DNA of 64,000 nucleotides from Candidatus Hadarchaeum sp. (lineage in GTDB: Archaea; Hadarchaeota; Hadarchaeia; Hadarchaeales; Hadarchaeaceae). Below the pieces are notes generated by a model. That model searched no databases and had not been told where the DNA came from. It was given only the letters and a program-made list of their open reading frames with translations. The stretch is from assembly GCF_038871235.1 (NCBI RefSeq), contig NZ_JAVZIN010000005.1, forward strand, positions 32,001 through 96,000, in the 5' to 3' direction. Both the position numbers and the translations under genes were made by a program. Position 1 is the first letter of the stretch. The number at the start of each line of letters is the position of its first letter. Shown piece by piece: positions 17,911 through 27,906 of this stretch.

Positions 17911-20748
17911 ATGGATGTTTTTTCCCAGTTGATAGAGCCGGTGAGGCGGGTCATCAAGGGCATGGGGATTAGCAGCCCCACCAAGCCACAGGAGCTGGCC
18001 CTACCCGCTATCCTAGGCGGAAAAAACGTGCTACTGGTTGCTCCCACCGGTACTGGAAAAACCGAGGCCGCCATTCTTCCGGTACTTAGCCTTTACCTGT
18101 CGCAAAAGCGGGCCGCAGGAATCGAGATACTTTACATCGCCCCGCTCCGGGCACTGAACCGTGATATGCTCAGCAGGTTCACGAAAATCTGTGAAGCTCT
18201 GGGAATCACTGTCGCGGTCAGACACGGCGACACACCAGCGGGCGAACGGCAGCAGCAGAAAATGGAACCACCCAAAATGTTGATCACGACGCCAGAAACT
18301 CTTCAAGCCATACTGCCTGGAAAAATTATCGGAAAACACCTGAAAAGCGTTCGGTGGGTGATTATAGATGAAATACATGAGCTGGCCACTGACAAGCGTG
18401 GGGTTCAGCTAGCTGTGGGTTTGGAGCGCCTCTCGGAAATAGCCGGCAATTTTCAGCGCATTGGACTCTCGGCCACAGTCGGTTCAAAAAATGAGATAGC
18501 AAAGTTTCTGGTTGGTTCTGACCGCCAAGTGGAGATTCTGGATGCCTCGATGGAGAAGAAGATTAAAATCAGGATTGAGAGCCCCCTGCCATCCAAAAAT
18601 GATATCGGGCTTGCGGAGCGCCTCTCTGTTGACCCCACGATGGCAGCGAGGTTCAGAAGGCTTCATGAGCTGATCGATAAACATGGCTCAGTCCTGATCT
18701 TCGTCAACACTAGGGAGACAGCAGAAACATTGGGATCTCGCCTTAAATTGCTCGAACCATCGCTGAAGGTAGGCATCCACCATGGTTCCTTGGCTAGGGA
18801 AATCAGGATCGAGGCTGAAGAGGGCTTCCGCAGCGGCCGTCTGAGAGGACTCATCTGCACCTCCTCCATGGAGCTTGGAATCGACATTGGGGCGGTGGAT
18901 TTGGTGGTCCAGTACATGTCGCCGCGCCAAGTGACTAGATTAATTCAACGAGTGGGCCGTTCAGGCCATCGTGCCGAAGCTAGCTCGGAAGGAATTATAA
19001 TCGCGGCCAGCCCGGACGACGTTGCCGAAGCTATGATCATCGGAAAGAAAACGTTGTTGGGTGAACTAGAGCCAGAAAAATTCCACTGCCTCCCGCTGGA
19101 TGTCTTGGCCCACCAACTGGTCGGGATCTCCTTGGATCGGGGCAGACCGAGCATCGAGGAGGCCGTCTCGTTGTTGAAAAGGGCCAGACCATACCAGAGT
19201 TTGGACGCGGCTACTGCTGAACGGGTGTTAAAACAACTTGATTCAGAAGGCATGGTGAGATTAGAAGACAAACATTTTAGGCCCCGCAAACCCGGATTTT
19301 CTTACTATTTCACCAATTTGTCAATGATACCGGACACCCGGCGCTACACGATAAAGGACATCGTCTCAGGAAAAACAGTTGGCACTTTGGATGAGGAATT
19401 TGTCGCCTATCACGGGGACCAAGATCTAACCTTCATAATGAAGGGCGAAGCTTGGAAAATAATTGAAATTGATAACGAACGTGGGCAAGTGTTGGTCGAG
19501 CCGAGCAACGACCTGTTGGGAGCCATTCCGGCCTGGGAAGGAGAGCTAATTCCGGTGCCTTTTGAAGTCGCCCACGAAGTTGGTTCCCTTAGGTCGAAGA
19601 TATCTCAATTGCTAAAAAAGGGCCACGCTTGCGAAGAGATAGTTTCTGTACTTGCCAAGGAATACCCAGTGGACAACCAAGCTGCGGGTTGGTTGGTGGA
19701 GTATATTAATGAGCAAGTTACCAGCGGTACCGTTCCCACGCATGAAGATATCTTAGTCGAAGCTAGCGGTAACTTTGTGGTCCTGCACGCTTGCTTCGGT
19801 AGTCTCGTCAACCAGACCATGGCATTGATTTTAGCGGCCCTGCTGACAGCAAGAACGGGGGCTAGCGTCACTGTAAAGGTTGACCCCTATCGAATTGCCT
19901 TCAAGCTGGCGGTTAAAGCCGATCCGGAACTTATCAAGACGATTATCACTGAACTCAAGCCGGAGCATCTGTTACCCCTCCTAAGGATAGCCTTGAAAGA
20001 CAGCCCAATGTTCAGGTGGCGTTTAATTCAAGTTGCGAAGAGATCTGGGGCGATAAAGAGGGACGCCGACCTGACTCAGTTAAACTTACGTCGTTTGGTG
20101 GTCCATTTCGAGGGTACACCAATCTACGAGGAGGCTCTGAAGGAGATGACGGTGGAAAAACTCGACGTTGAGAAAACTGTGGAAATTCTCAGGCTTCTAA
20201 GATCAGGGGCCATCAGAATCTCGACGTTAAGCGGCGAAGAACCGACGCCGTTAGCCTGGCCTGTGTTGAACGAAATATCGGGGAGTGAACTAATTCTGCC
20301 CAAAAAGGCTGAGCGGGAGATCATCCGCGCTCTCGTTAGGCGTTTGGACCAACAAATTGTCAGGCTTCACTGTCTTAACTGCAACCAATGGTCTACAACC
20401 ACCAGAGTCGGGCGCGTCGAGGACCCTCCGATATGCAAGAACTGCGGGGCTAGGCTGATCACCCTGCTGCCTCGAGAAAATCGCGTACTTTTATTGGCAA
20501 TAAAAAAACATGCGGCGGGGACAAAGCTCAACCGGGAAGAAGAACACCGGGTTAAGCGGTCTTTCCAGGCCGCAAACTTGGTCCTGAGCTACGGAAAACG
20601 GGCGGTGATCGCCCTGTCCGGCCGCGGCATTGGGCCTCAGACTGCGGCCAGAATTCTCAGCAAAAACTCCTCGGATGAAGCCTTTTACCGAGACATCCTT
20701 CAAGCGGAAAGAATTTACTCACGCACCAGACGTTTCTGGGACGTGTGA
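17911..20748 (+). CDS. lhr: Lhr-family ATP-dependent DEAD/H helicase with C-terminal Zn finger
   Basis: APTGTGKT, IAPLRALNRD, TTPE, DEIH, LSAT, HHGSL, SSMELGID, QRVGRSGH, CxxC pairs, GRGIGP. Confidence 0.93.
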   Translation: MDVFSQLIEPVRRVIKGMGISSPTKPQELALPAILGGKNVLLVAPTGTGKTEAAILPVLSLYLSQKRAAGIEILYIAPLRALNRDMLSRFTKICEALGITVAVRHGDTPAGERQQQKMEPPKMLITTPETLQAILPGKIIGKHLKSVRWVIIDEIHELATDKRGVQLAVGLERLSEIAGNFQRIGLSATVGSKNEIAKFLVGSDRQVEILDASMEKKIKIRIESPLPSKNDIGLAERLSVDPTMAARFRRLHELIDKHGSVLIFVNTRETAETLGSRLKLLEPSLKVGIHHGSLAREIRIEAEEGFRSGRLRGLICTSSMELGIDIGAVDLVVQYMSPRQVTRLIQRVGRSGHRAEASSEGIIIAASPDDVAEAMIIGKKTLLGELEPEKFHCLPLDVLAHQLVGISLDRGRPSIEEAVSLLKRARPYQSLDAATAERVLKQLDSEGMVRLEDKHFRPRKPGFSYYFTNLSMIPDTRRYTIKDIVSGKTVGTLDEEFVAYHGDQDLTFIMKGEAWKIIEIDNERGQVLVEPSNDLLGAIPAWEGELIPVPFEVAHEVGSLRSKISQLLKKGHACEEIVSVLAKEYPVDNQAAGWLVEYINEQVTSGTVPTHEDILVEASGNFVVLHACFGSLVNQTMALILAALLTARTGASVTVKVDPYRIAFKLAVKADPELIKTIITELKPEHLLPLLRIALKDSPMFRWRLIQVAKRSGAIKRDADLTQLNLRRLVVHFEGTPIYEEALKEMTVEKLDVEKTVEILRLLRSGAIRISTLSGEEPTPLAWPVLNEISGSELILPKKAEREIIRALVRRLDQQIVRLHCLNCNQWSTTTRVGRVEDPPICKNCGARLITLLPRENRVLLLAIKKHAAGTKLNREEEHRVKRSFQAANLVLSYGKRAVIALSGRGIGPQTAARILSKNSSDEAFYRDILQAERIYSRTRRFWDV

Positions 20749-20828
20749 ATCAACCCACACCAGACCTCCAAGAAGCCAATACATTTTCATTCAAGTCAAT
20801 TTTTATAAACAGACGCTTGTTCAATTGA

Positions 20829-22103
20829 TCAAGCCAAAATCCTAGTGCCGCTTTTTCCCATTTCTACTAACAGCTCTCGCAACTGCTCTAGCCTTGAATC
20901 TATCATTACCGGTTTCTCAACCATTTTCATCGCGGTGGCCACATCCTTGAGCCCACCGCCTGTGACTTCGACCACAACGATATCGGAACCCGAGATAACG
21001 CCTTCATCCAACAACCTCTTCAATCCCGCCAGACCGGCTGCTCCGGAAGGCTCAGCAAAAATACCCTCGCTTCTGGCCAAGCGCTTAACGGCTTCCAGTA
21101 TTTCCGCGTCGCTTACGGACGCTGCTGTTCCATTGGAGCGCTTGATCGCGGGGATTGCGGTATCGGCGTCCCAAGGGTAGGGATCAACCAGTCCGCCCGC
21201 TACCGTCTTCGGGTTGGGCCACGGTTGTATCTCGTATGGTGGCGTGCCTTCCTTAAATGCCTTGACAATCGGAGCACAACCCTCAGCCTGAATCGCGACG
21301 AGGCGTGGCACTTCCCTTGTCAGACCCATCTGCTGGAATTCAAAATAACCCTTAGCATTGCCCGAAAGAAGCGTGCCGGCTCCGGTGGGGACGATTACCC
21401 AATCGGGCACTTGCCAGCCCAGTTGCTCGCAGACTTCATAGGAAATTGTCTTCGAGCCCTCGGGCTGATAGGGGTTGAAGGCCCCACCGCTGGGGATCGG
21501 ATGCCAGCCGAATTTCTTCCAAGATTCCTGCATGAGCTTGTAGGTCGGGTCACCATTGCTGCGCTCCTTGGGCTGAACGACATGAGCACCGTGCATCAAA
21601 AGCTGAGCTACTTTGCTCTCTGGGGCGCCAGCGGGAACAAAGGCGTGACACTTGATGCCCGCCTTGGCCGCATAAGCGGATAGAGCTACAGCGGCGTTAC
21701 CACTTGAAGCACACACCACTGCGCGAGCCCCAAACTCCACAGCTTTTGATACGCCCACACTCATGGGCCGATCCTTGAACGAAGAGGTCGGGTTTCTGGT
21801 CTCGTCCTTTAAATAGAGGTGCTTCACCTTTAGCTCCTTCGCCAGACTTGTCGCCGGAATTAGTGGCGTCCCCCCCTCTCCAAGCGACACAATATTTTTC
21901 CGGTTCATCAACGGCAGCAGCTCAAAATACTTCCAGACACCACTTTTTCTTCTGGCGAGTTTTTCTCTATTGATTTCCTCCGCAATGAGCTGATAATCGT
22001 AAATCACATCGAGCTTCCCGCCGCAGCTCCTGCAGACATATAGGTCCTTGGCTGGCCGGTATCTTCTCCCGCACCTGAGACATCTGAGTTCTGAAAAGGG
22101 CAA
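20829..22103 (-). CDS. thrC: Threonine synthase-like PLP enzyme
   Basis: N-terminal CxxC...CxxC, SLGEGGTPL, NPTSSFKDR, ASSGN, FAEPSGAA, TGGGLK. Start probably TTG 22103. Confidence 0.85.
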   Translation of the reverse strand: MPFSELRCLRCGRRYRPAKDLYVCRSCGGKLDVIYDYQLIAEEINREKLARRKSGVWKYFELLPLMNRKNIVSLGEGGTPLIPATSLAKELKVKHLYLKDETRNPTSSFKDRPMSVGVSKAVEFGARAVVCASSGNAAVALSAYAAKAGIKCHAFVPAGAPESKVAQLLMHGAHVVQPKERSNGDPTYKLMQESWKKFGWHPIPSGGAFNPYQPEGSKTISYEVCEQLGWQVPDWVIVPTGAGTLLSGNAKGYFEFQQMGLTREVPRLVAIQAEGCAPIVKAFKEGTPPYEIQPWPNPKTVAGGLVDPYPWDADTAIPAIKRSNGTAASVSDAEILEAVKRLARSEGIFAEPSGAAGLAGLKRLLDEGVISGSDIVVVEVTGGGLKDVATAMKMVEKPVMIDSRLEQLRELLVEMGKSGTRILA

Positions 22104-22193
22104 CTTCTCACCCGCCTTCTCTGTTTCCCAGAAGATAATGAAGTGCCCTGTAGTTTTAAATCCCCCTACGCTCAAACTTGTATGGGAGATGGG

Positions 22194-22775
22194 ATGACAG
22201 TTGATATCTGGATCGAAATCTTCCTTGTCGCAATCATTCTAATTCTTCTGGGCTGGATACTCTACTCAGGTGGTGGCTCACGTCAGCGCAAGTTACAACA
22301 GGAGATCGAGGCCCAGCGTGAGGAACTCAGGCTATTGAGGGAAGCCAATGAATCGCTGCGCAACGCCCTTGGGCTCAGTGAAGAAGGCAAGCTGAGGCGC
22401 CATCAAGAGATATTTCAATTTCTGAGAGACTTGGAGAGCCTTCGCGCAGCCATAGCTGGCTCGACCATCTCCCAAAAGGTGCTTCGAAGCAAATACGGCG
22501 ATGTTGAAGGTTTTGAGCTTCTCACCCGAATAATGGACGCTAGGCCGAACATAGACCCCGCAGTGAAGAGGAGAATCGCGGACGAAATTTTGGTTGGTGA
22601 AGCCGGAAGAACAATAATGAAGGCCTTGGATAAGGGAGCTTCGATAGACCGGGCGGCCTCCGCTGCTGGCATGCCGCTAATCGTGGCCAAAGGACAGATA
22701 AGAAGGCTCCAGATGCTGGGTTACTTGGACTCTAGGCTCAAACCGACCGAGCAGGGACGTAGGGCTTTGGAATGA
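22194..22775 (+). CDS. Membrane-anchored coiled-coil protein with C-terminal winged helix
   Basis: N-terminal TM helix, coiled coil, and RRLQMLGYLD...PTEQGRRAL wHTH-like end. Confidence 0.65.
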   Translation: MTVDIWIEIFLVAIILILLGWILYSGGGSRQRKLQQEIEAQREELRLLREANESLRNALGLSEEGKLRRHQEIFQFLRDLESLRAAIAGSTISQKVLRSKYGDVEGFELLTRIMDARPNIDPAVKRRIADEILVGEAGRTIMKALDKGASIDRAASAAGMPLIVAKGQIRRLQMLGYLDSRLKPTEQGRRALE

Positions 22776-22991
22776 AAAGTCATTGAAAACATTTTATCGA
22801 TCTCCCTAGTCGAGATTCCGGACGAACCTCTTGCCATTTCTGGGGAGTCCTGCTACTGGGCCATTTAAGTCCGATCTTGCTAAAAAATAAGAGGCCTGAG
22901 TCATAATGACGGGCATAAAGTTGCCCACTGACGGTCACTAACACTCCCGTAAAGCGTAAAAAGTAGAGTAATAGTTTATACTGGGATAAAA

Positions 22992-23963
22992 ATGGTTAGC
23001 CTCGGCCGAAACTTCAAAAATTGCCTCCTGATAGAGCACCTAGACGAGCGGGAAAAGCTCGCCTTCATTAAAGGGGAGCTAAGTTTAAGTTCAATAAATC
23101 CAAAAGTGCTAAAAAAAGCCAAGTTGAACGTTGAAAGGCAGATTGAGATAATTACTGATCTCGGGATGTCCCATCTTGAAATCGAGCTGGATTCCACCGA
23201 TGCCTACTTGGATTTTTACCCTGAAAAAAGGGAGCGCATCAACGAACTGGCTAAAGCAAACGAGCTGACTTTGTCCGTGAACCTGCCCCACTCATTCACC
23301 AACGGGGGCATTGGCTCGCTCAGGGAAGAGGACAGGGAAGCTGCAACGGAGATTCAAAAAAAGCACATTCAACTCGCCGCTGATATCGGCGCAAAATATG
23401 TGAGTCTATGCCCTGGAAACGTTCCTGCTGAAAACAGGACCGGGAATTATAGGGAGATGGTACACAACTCTTTGGTCAACAGCTTGGTGGAACTGGGAAA
23501 ATTTGCCAACGAGCTGGGCCTAGCCCTTCACCTGGAGAACAACGTCGCCTTCGATGGCATCTGCTATGAAATCGATGAATGCCTCAGGTTGGTGAAAAGA
23601 GTAAGGGAGCAGGGTGTGCCCATCTACTTCAACTTTGACATTGGAAATTGGCTGACCAATGCTGAATTTACCCGACAAACAATGGCACATCCGGAAAGCT
23701 CCCTTGCATCAATATCGCCCGATTATATCAAGGAGCTTCATCTGAGCGACTATGTCCCAGAAGAAATGACCTTGCGGCCGCCATTGCACCTAGAACTGGG
23801 GATGATGAAACATTATAATCTGGAACACTACGCTAGGCTAGCTAAAATAAAAAAGGCAGAAACCGTCGTCGTGGAAACTGAGATCAAAAGCTTGGAGCAG
23901 GCGATAAATTACAAGGATGTTCTTCGCAACGAAACGGACTACCTGTTCCACATCTTCAGATAG
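22992..23963 (+). CDS. Sugar phosphate isomerase/epimerase-like (AP endonuclease 2) TIM-barrel protein
   Basis: LHLENN, FDIGNW, ELHLSD, VVE motifs. Confidence 0.7.
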   Translation: MVSLGRNFKNCLLIEHLDEREKLAFIKGELSLSSINPKVLKKAKLNVERQIEIITDLGMSHLEIELDSTDAYLDFYPEKRERINELAKANELTLSVNLPHSFTNGGIGSLREEDREAATEIQKKHIQLAADIGAKYVSLCPGNVPAENRTGNYREMVHNSLVNSLVELGKFANELGLALHLENNVAFDGICYEIDECLRLVKRVREQGVPIYFNFDIGNWLTNAEFTRQTMAHPESSLASISPDYIKELHLSDYVPEEMTLRPPLHLELGMMKHYNLEHYARLAKIKKAETVVVETEIKSLEQAINYKDVLRNETDYLFHIFR

Positions 23964-23986
23964 GTGCAGCCAGGTTGTTTAAAAAC

Positions 23987-24607
23987 TTACTTCAGTAGCT
24001 TGGCAACTTCTTCCTCAGAGAGTTCCCGGTAGCCGTTCTTATCGATGACCGCCACCATCGTCTTCTCGCCTGTGGCCGCATCCCTCTCTATTGCCGTTTT
24101 TATCGACTGCGCCGCCAGCTTGGCACATTCCTCTAGCGACATATCGTCCCGGTACATCTGCTCGAGCACACCGTAGGCAATCGTCGACCCTGTTCCGGCG
24201 CTGGCAAACTTTTCCTCCTCGATCTTCCCACCGACGGGGTCAAGGAAGTATAGACAAGGCCCCTCCGGGTCTATTCCCGAGATAACACCTGCGACTATGT
24301 AAGGAAAAATTCTCCTGCCAAAGAGGAGGTTCGACGCCACCTGGACTAGACCTTTGGTCGTGATGGGACGACCCCGATTCAACCGGTAAAGGTTGGCCTC
24401 GGCCCGAAGCAGGCTCACAAAGCTCTGGATGTCGCCGGAGCTTCCTGAAATCGCGGCACCGATGAAATCATCCAGCTTGAACAGCTTGGGAACCCTCTTG
24501 CTAACCACGAGATAATAAGAGGTCCCTCTAGTGTCAGAGGCTAGCGCTATGCCCTCCTTGCATCTCAGGCCCACGACGGTTCCGGTGAATCCAAACATAA
24601 AGGTCAA
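23987..24607 (-). CDS. psmB: 20S proteasome beta subunit, probably non-catalytic
   Basis: GTVVGL...ASDTR, K33, SGSSGDIQ, LDPVGG, AGTGS, ERDAATG; Gly at the Thr1 position. Confidence 0.92.
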   Translation of the reverse strand: MTFMFGFTGTVVGLRCKEGIALASDTRGTSYYLVVSKRVPKLFKLDDFIGAAISGSSGDIQSFVSLLRAEANLYRLNRGRPITTKGLVQVASNLLFGRRIFPYIVAGVISGIDPEGPCLYFLDPVGGKIEEEKFASAGTGSTIAYGVLEQMYRDDMSLEECAKLAAQSIKTAIERDAATGEKTMVAVIDKNGYRELSEEEVAKLLK

Positions 24608-24774
24608 AATTAACTAAACCCACGGGTTATAATAATTATCGCCTAACCAGAAAACTAGCGGGACCACGCCAGTGTTTTCTCAGGTGTTGTCAACCAAACA
24701 ACGCCAGTGACTATATAAGCTAATCTTTCCGATATTCTTCATTTATTAATGCCCCGCGCGCAAAGCTCCGGCGG

Positions 24775-25446
24775 GTGAAAGTGGAGGTGAACACGACCAA
24801 GCTAAGCCTGATATGTTCCTTGGTGGGCTTGGTTGCTATATACGCGGCCGCTGTTACAGTCCGACCCAAGATAACCCCAATCGCTAGCCTGAACGAAAGT
24901 TTCATCGGACTCAGAGTTTCCGTTTCAGGTCAAGTTGTCGACTACCGTGACCACAAGGAGGGCCACCTTTTTCTCAAGCTGAAGGATAAATCCGGGGGGC
25001 TGGTCAATGTGCCGATATTCTCCAGAACTCGTTCGCAGCTCGAAGAATCAATTGAACTTCTTGACATCGTGGAAATAACCGGAGAAGTTGCCCTTTACCA
25101 AGGAGAACTTGAGGTAATCCCGGAGGGGGCCAAGCATGTCAAAATTGTGCACACGGCACCGACAAAGCTTTCTGAAATCGGCAAAGAAAATGCAGGCGCT
25201 CCGGTCAAGGTACAAGGTATAATTTCCAAGCGAGAAATCGTTGGGAGCGGTAACCTGGTGCTAACATTGGAGAATGACGGGAACAGACTGCCGGTTTTCG
25301 TCCCCTCTTGGATCGCCGAGGATGGTTTACCTGAGGTTCACGTCGGCGATACTGTCCGAGTTGATGGCTGGATTCAGCTCTACAATGGGGAGGTTGAGCT
25401 AAAGCTGACCAATGCCTCGCATCTGCACTTGGTTGAGGATGCTTAG
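24775..25446 (+). CDS. Membrane-anchored double OB-fold protein
   Basis: N-terminal TM helix; two repeats ending in G.V..Y.GE.E; GHLFLKLKD. Confidence 0.75.
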   Translation: MKVEVNTTKLSLICSLVGLVAIYAAAVTVRPKITPIASLNESFIGLRVSVSGQVVDYRDHKEGHLFLKLKDKSGGLVNVPIFSRTRSQLEESIELLDIVEITGEVALYQGELEVIPEGAKHVKIVHTAPTKLSEIGKENAGAPVKVQGIISKREIVGSGNLVLTLENDGNRLPVFVPSWIAEDGLPEVHVGDTVRVDGWIQLYNGEVELKLTNASHLHLVEDA

Positions 25447-26673
25447 ATGCTGGAAACGCTCGCTTACGTCATGGCGGGTGTGGCGCTGGGAACGTTAACC
25501 GGACTGATACTAGGACTCCACGTCAACAACCTGACCCCGATCTTGATCGCTCTGGCCGCCGGTGCCTCGAGGGAGATGGTGGCCTTGATAGTCGCGATGT
25601 CGATCACAAATGCTTTCATAAGTTATATTCCCTCAACTTTCCTCGCCGCGCCTGAAGAGGGCACCGAACTCTCCGTGTTGCCTGCCCACCGACTTCTCCT
25701 CGAGGGGAGAGGATATCAGGCAATCAGGCTCTCGGCAACCGGTTGCTTGGGTGGTGTGATGCTATCCGCGGCGCTGGCCTTGCCGTTTATGCCTGCCCTT
25801 GGTCCGATTTATGACCTCATCAAGCCACTGATGCACTGGTTGCTCCTCGCCGTCACCGGTGTAATGATCTCCCTAGAGAGGTCTTGGAATAAAATTGTCT
25901 GGGCGTTAGCAATTTTTCTAGTGTCGGGGCTACTCGGCCTTGTCTCCCTTGACTCCGGCATCATGCCTGCTGACACCGCGCTGCTGCCCTTACTCTCAGG
26001 ACTTTTCGGAGCCAGCGTGCTGCTGCCCAGCATTATCAACTGCAGCTCACTTCCTGAACAATACACGGATGAGAAAGCGATTAAAATCCAAACTGGTCTG
26101 AAACCTGTCTGCGCTGGGACTGCCGCTGGAATCCTAACCGGAATTGTGCCAAGCATCGGCCCCTCCCAAGGTACCGTGCTGGCCCAGCTGGTTGCCCGCT
26201 CTAGGGGCACCGAAGAATTTCTGCTGTCAGTAAGCAGCGTGAACACCTCTAAGGCCATTTTTTCCTTCCTCGCGATTTTTGCCATCGGAAGGGCCAGAAG
26301 CGGGGCTGCCGTTGCTGTCCAGAAGATCATGGAGGCCGGCAACGTCAACCCGCTGCTGATAATTGGTGTGGCTCTACTCGCCGGAGGCATTGCCGCTATC
26401 CTAGAGCTCCAACTGGGAAAGCTCGCCGCCGGGCACATGGACCGACTACCCTACCGGGGCCTCGGTGTCGCCGTCATGACTTTTATATTGGGACTTACCT
26501 TTTACTGTTCTGGGTTAATCGGGATTCTGGTGCTGGTTACGGCCACAGCAGTTGGAACGCTGCCCGCTTTAACCAAAGTAAAAAGAACCCATTGCATGGG
26601 GGTGCTCATGCTGCCCTGCATGCTCTTCTTCGCCGGAGCAAAGAATATCGCTTTAACCGCACTTGGTCTCTGA
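25447..26673 (+). CDS. TctA-like (DUF112) multi-pass membrane protein
   Basis: GLHVNN, IPSTFLAAP, LSVLPAHRLLLEGRG, GRARSG, KRTHCMG. Confidence 0.85.
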   Translation: MLETLAYVMAGVALGTLTGLILGLHVNNLTPILIALAAGASREMVALIVAMSITNAFISYIPSTFLAAPEEGTELSVLPAHRLLLEGRGYQAIRLSATGCLGGVMLSAALALPFMPALGPIYDLIKPLMHWLLLAVTGVMISLERSWNKIVWALAIFLVSGLLGLVSLDSGIMPADTALLPLLSGLFGASVLLPSIINCSSLPEQYTDEKAIKIQTGLKPVCAGTAAGILTGIVPSIGPSQGTVLAQLVARSRGTEEFLLSVSSVNTSKAIFSFLAIFAIGRARSGAAVAVQKIMEAGNVNPLLIIGVALLAGGIAAILELQLGKLAAGHMDRLPYRGLGVAVMTFILGLTFYCSGLIGILVLVTATAVGTLPALTKVKRTHCMGVLMLPCMLFFAGAKNIALTALGL

Positions 26674-26704
26674 AATAATTCCATGTTCAAAAAAAGCATT
26701 AAAT

Positions 26705-27169
26705 TTATTCGCCTTCCAGTTCACCCAAATGAATTGTCTCCCAACTTACCTTGCCCGCCTCGATCACCTGTTTGAGTCTCCGCTGCAGCGGCGTGAGTTC
26801 GGCACTCTTACCGGTCTTAATGTCGACGAAAGTTACTCTTCTTGGTTCCCCCTCTTTATAGCCATCGAAAACCACATAGTCCACTGGGGAGCCCAGAAAT
26901 CTAGCATCGGCGGGCTCGTGCTTGAAAATGGGCAATAGCGGAGCGAGCTGCTCACCTATCTTTCCCTTAAGCGCCGCCCGGCTTCTCTCAAGAACCTCCT
27001 GCCTGATCCTCCACTCGAATTCCGACTTCCAGCGTTCAAATTGGACCGACAACCGCTCCCGCAGATAGAGAAAACAGAGAAGGATCCCTAAGAAAAAGCC
27101 CAAAATAAAGATTATTATCTCGATAATCCGCTCACCCCCTTCAATAACCCCGTATCTCTCAACTCTCAA
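26705..27169 (-). CDS. Holliday-junction-resolvase-like PD-(D/E)xK endonuclease with N-terminal TM helix
   Basis: SRAALKGKIGEQLAP, ARFLGSPVDYVVFDG, FVDIKTG. True start uncertain. Confidence 0.85.
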   Translation of the reverse strand: MRVERYGVIEGGERIIEIIIFILGFFLGILLCFLYLRERLSVQFERWKSEFEWRIRQEVLERSRAALKGKIGEQLAPLLPIFKHEPADARFLGSPVDYVVFDGYKEGEPRRVTFVDIKTGKSAELTPLQRRLKQVIEAGKVSWETIHLGELEGE

Positions 27170-27246
27170 GAGCCTTTCCTCAGTTTACGACAGTTTATTA
27201 TAGAGGTGCTCAAATAGATTCTTGAACCGGAAAATTTGACGAGGCG

Positions 27247-27906
27247 ATGAAGGTGAAATTGATAATGCTAGGAGCACCGGGATCGGGCAAAGGCACTCAG
27301 ACCTCAAGGCTAAAATCGATGCTTAGCATCCCGGCCATCTCCACGGGTGATATCTTTAGGAATGAGATTAAAGAGGGGACGGAACTGGGGAAAAGAATTA
27401 AAAAATACCTAAACGACGGCCAGCTGGTTCCAGATGAAATCGTGATCGAGGTAATAAAAGAAAGGATCAATCAACCTGACTGTAAAAATGGCTTCATTCT
27501 TGACGGATTTCCCAGGACGCTGGAGCAGGCCAAGACCCTGGATAAAATCGTGAAAATAGATGCCTGCATCAACTTAGCGGTACCGAAGGAAATCATCGTG
27601 AAAAGGCTATCGGCGAGGAGAATCTGCCGGAACTGCGGGGAGGTCTACAACCTCTTGGTTCTGAAGCCAGAGGTGGACGAAATTTGTGATAAATGTGGCG
27701 GGCCTTTATTCCAAAGAGATGACGACAAAGAAGAGGTCATCGAGGAAAGGTTTAGGGTATATGAAAAACAGACCGAGCCTCTTTTGGAGTACTATAGAAA
27801 AAGGCTACCGATAATCACCGTCACCTGCAATTCCGTGGATGCGCCCCCGGAACTGATAACCAATCAAATCATTAATGGTCTGAAGAAGCTAAAATTGATA
27901 AGTTAG
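27247..27906 (+). CDS. adk: Adenylate kinase (bacterial type, Zn-lid)
   Basis: GAPGSGKGT, STGDIFR, GQLVPD, GFILDGFPR, CxxC...CxxC lid, QRDDD. Confidence 0.95.
   Translation: MKVKLIMLGAPGSGKGTQTSRLKSMLSIPAISTGDIFRNEIKEGTELGKRIKKYLNDGQLVPDEIVIEVIKERINQPDCKNGFILDGFPRTLEQAKTLDKIVKIDACINLAVPKEIIVKRLSARRICRNCGEVYNLLVLKPEVDEICDKCGGPLFQRDDDKEEVIEERFRVYEKQTEPLLEYYRKRLPIITVTCNSVDAPPELITNQIINGLKKLKLIS

Noticed and set aside
22896-22934. SECIS-like reading of the ATGA...AAA...GA hairpin
   Set aside because: Stem far too short for a eukaryote-type SECIS, and no in-frame TGA selenoprotein candidate nearby.
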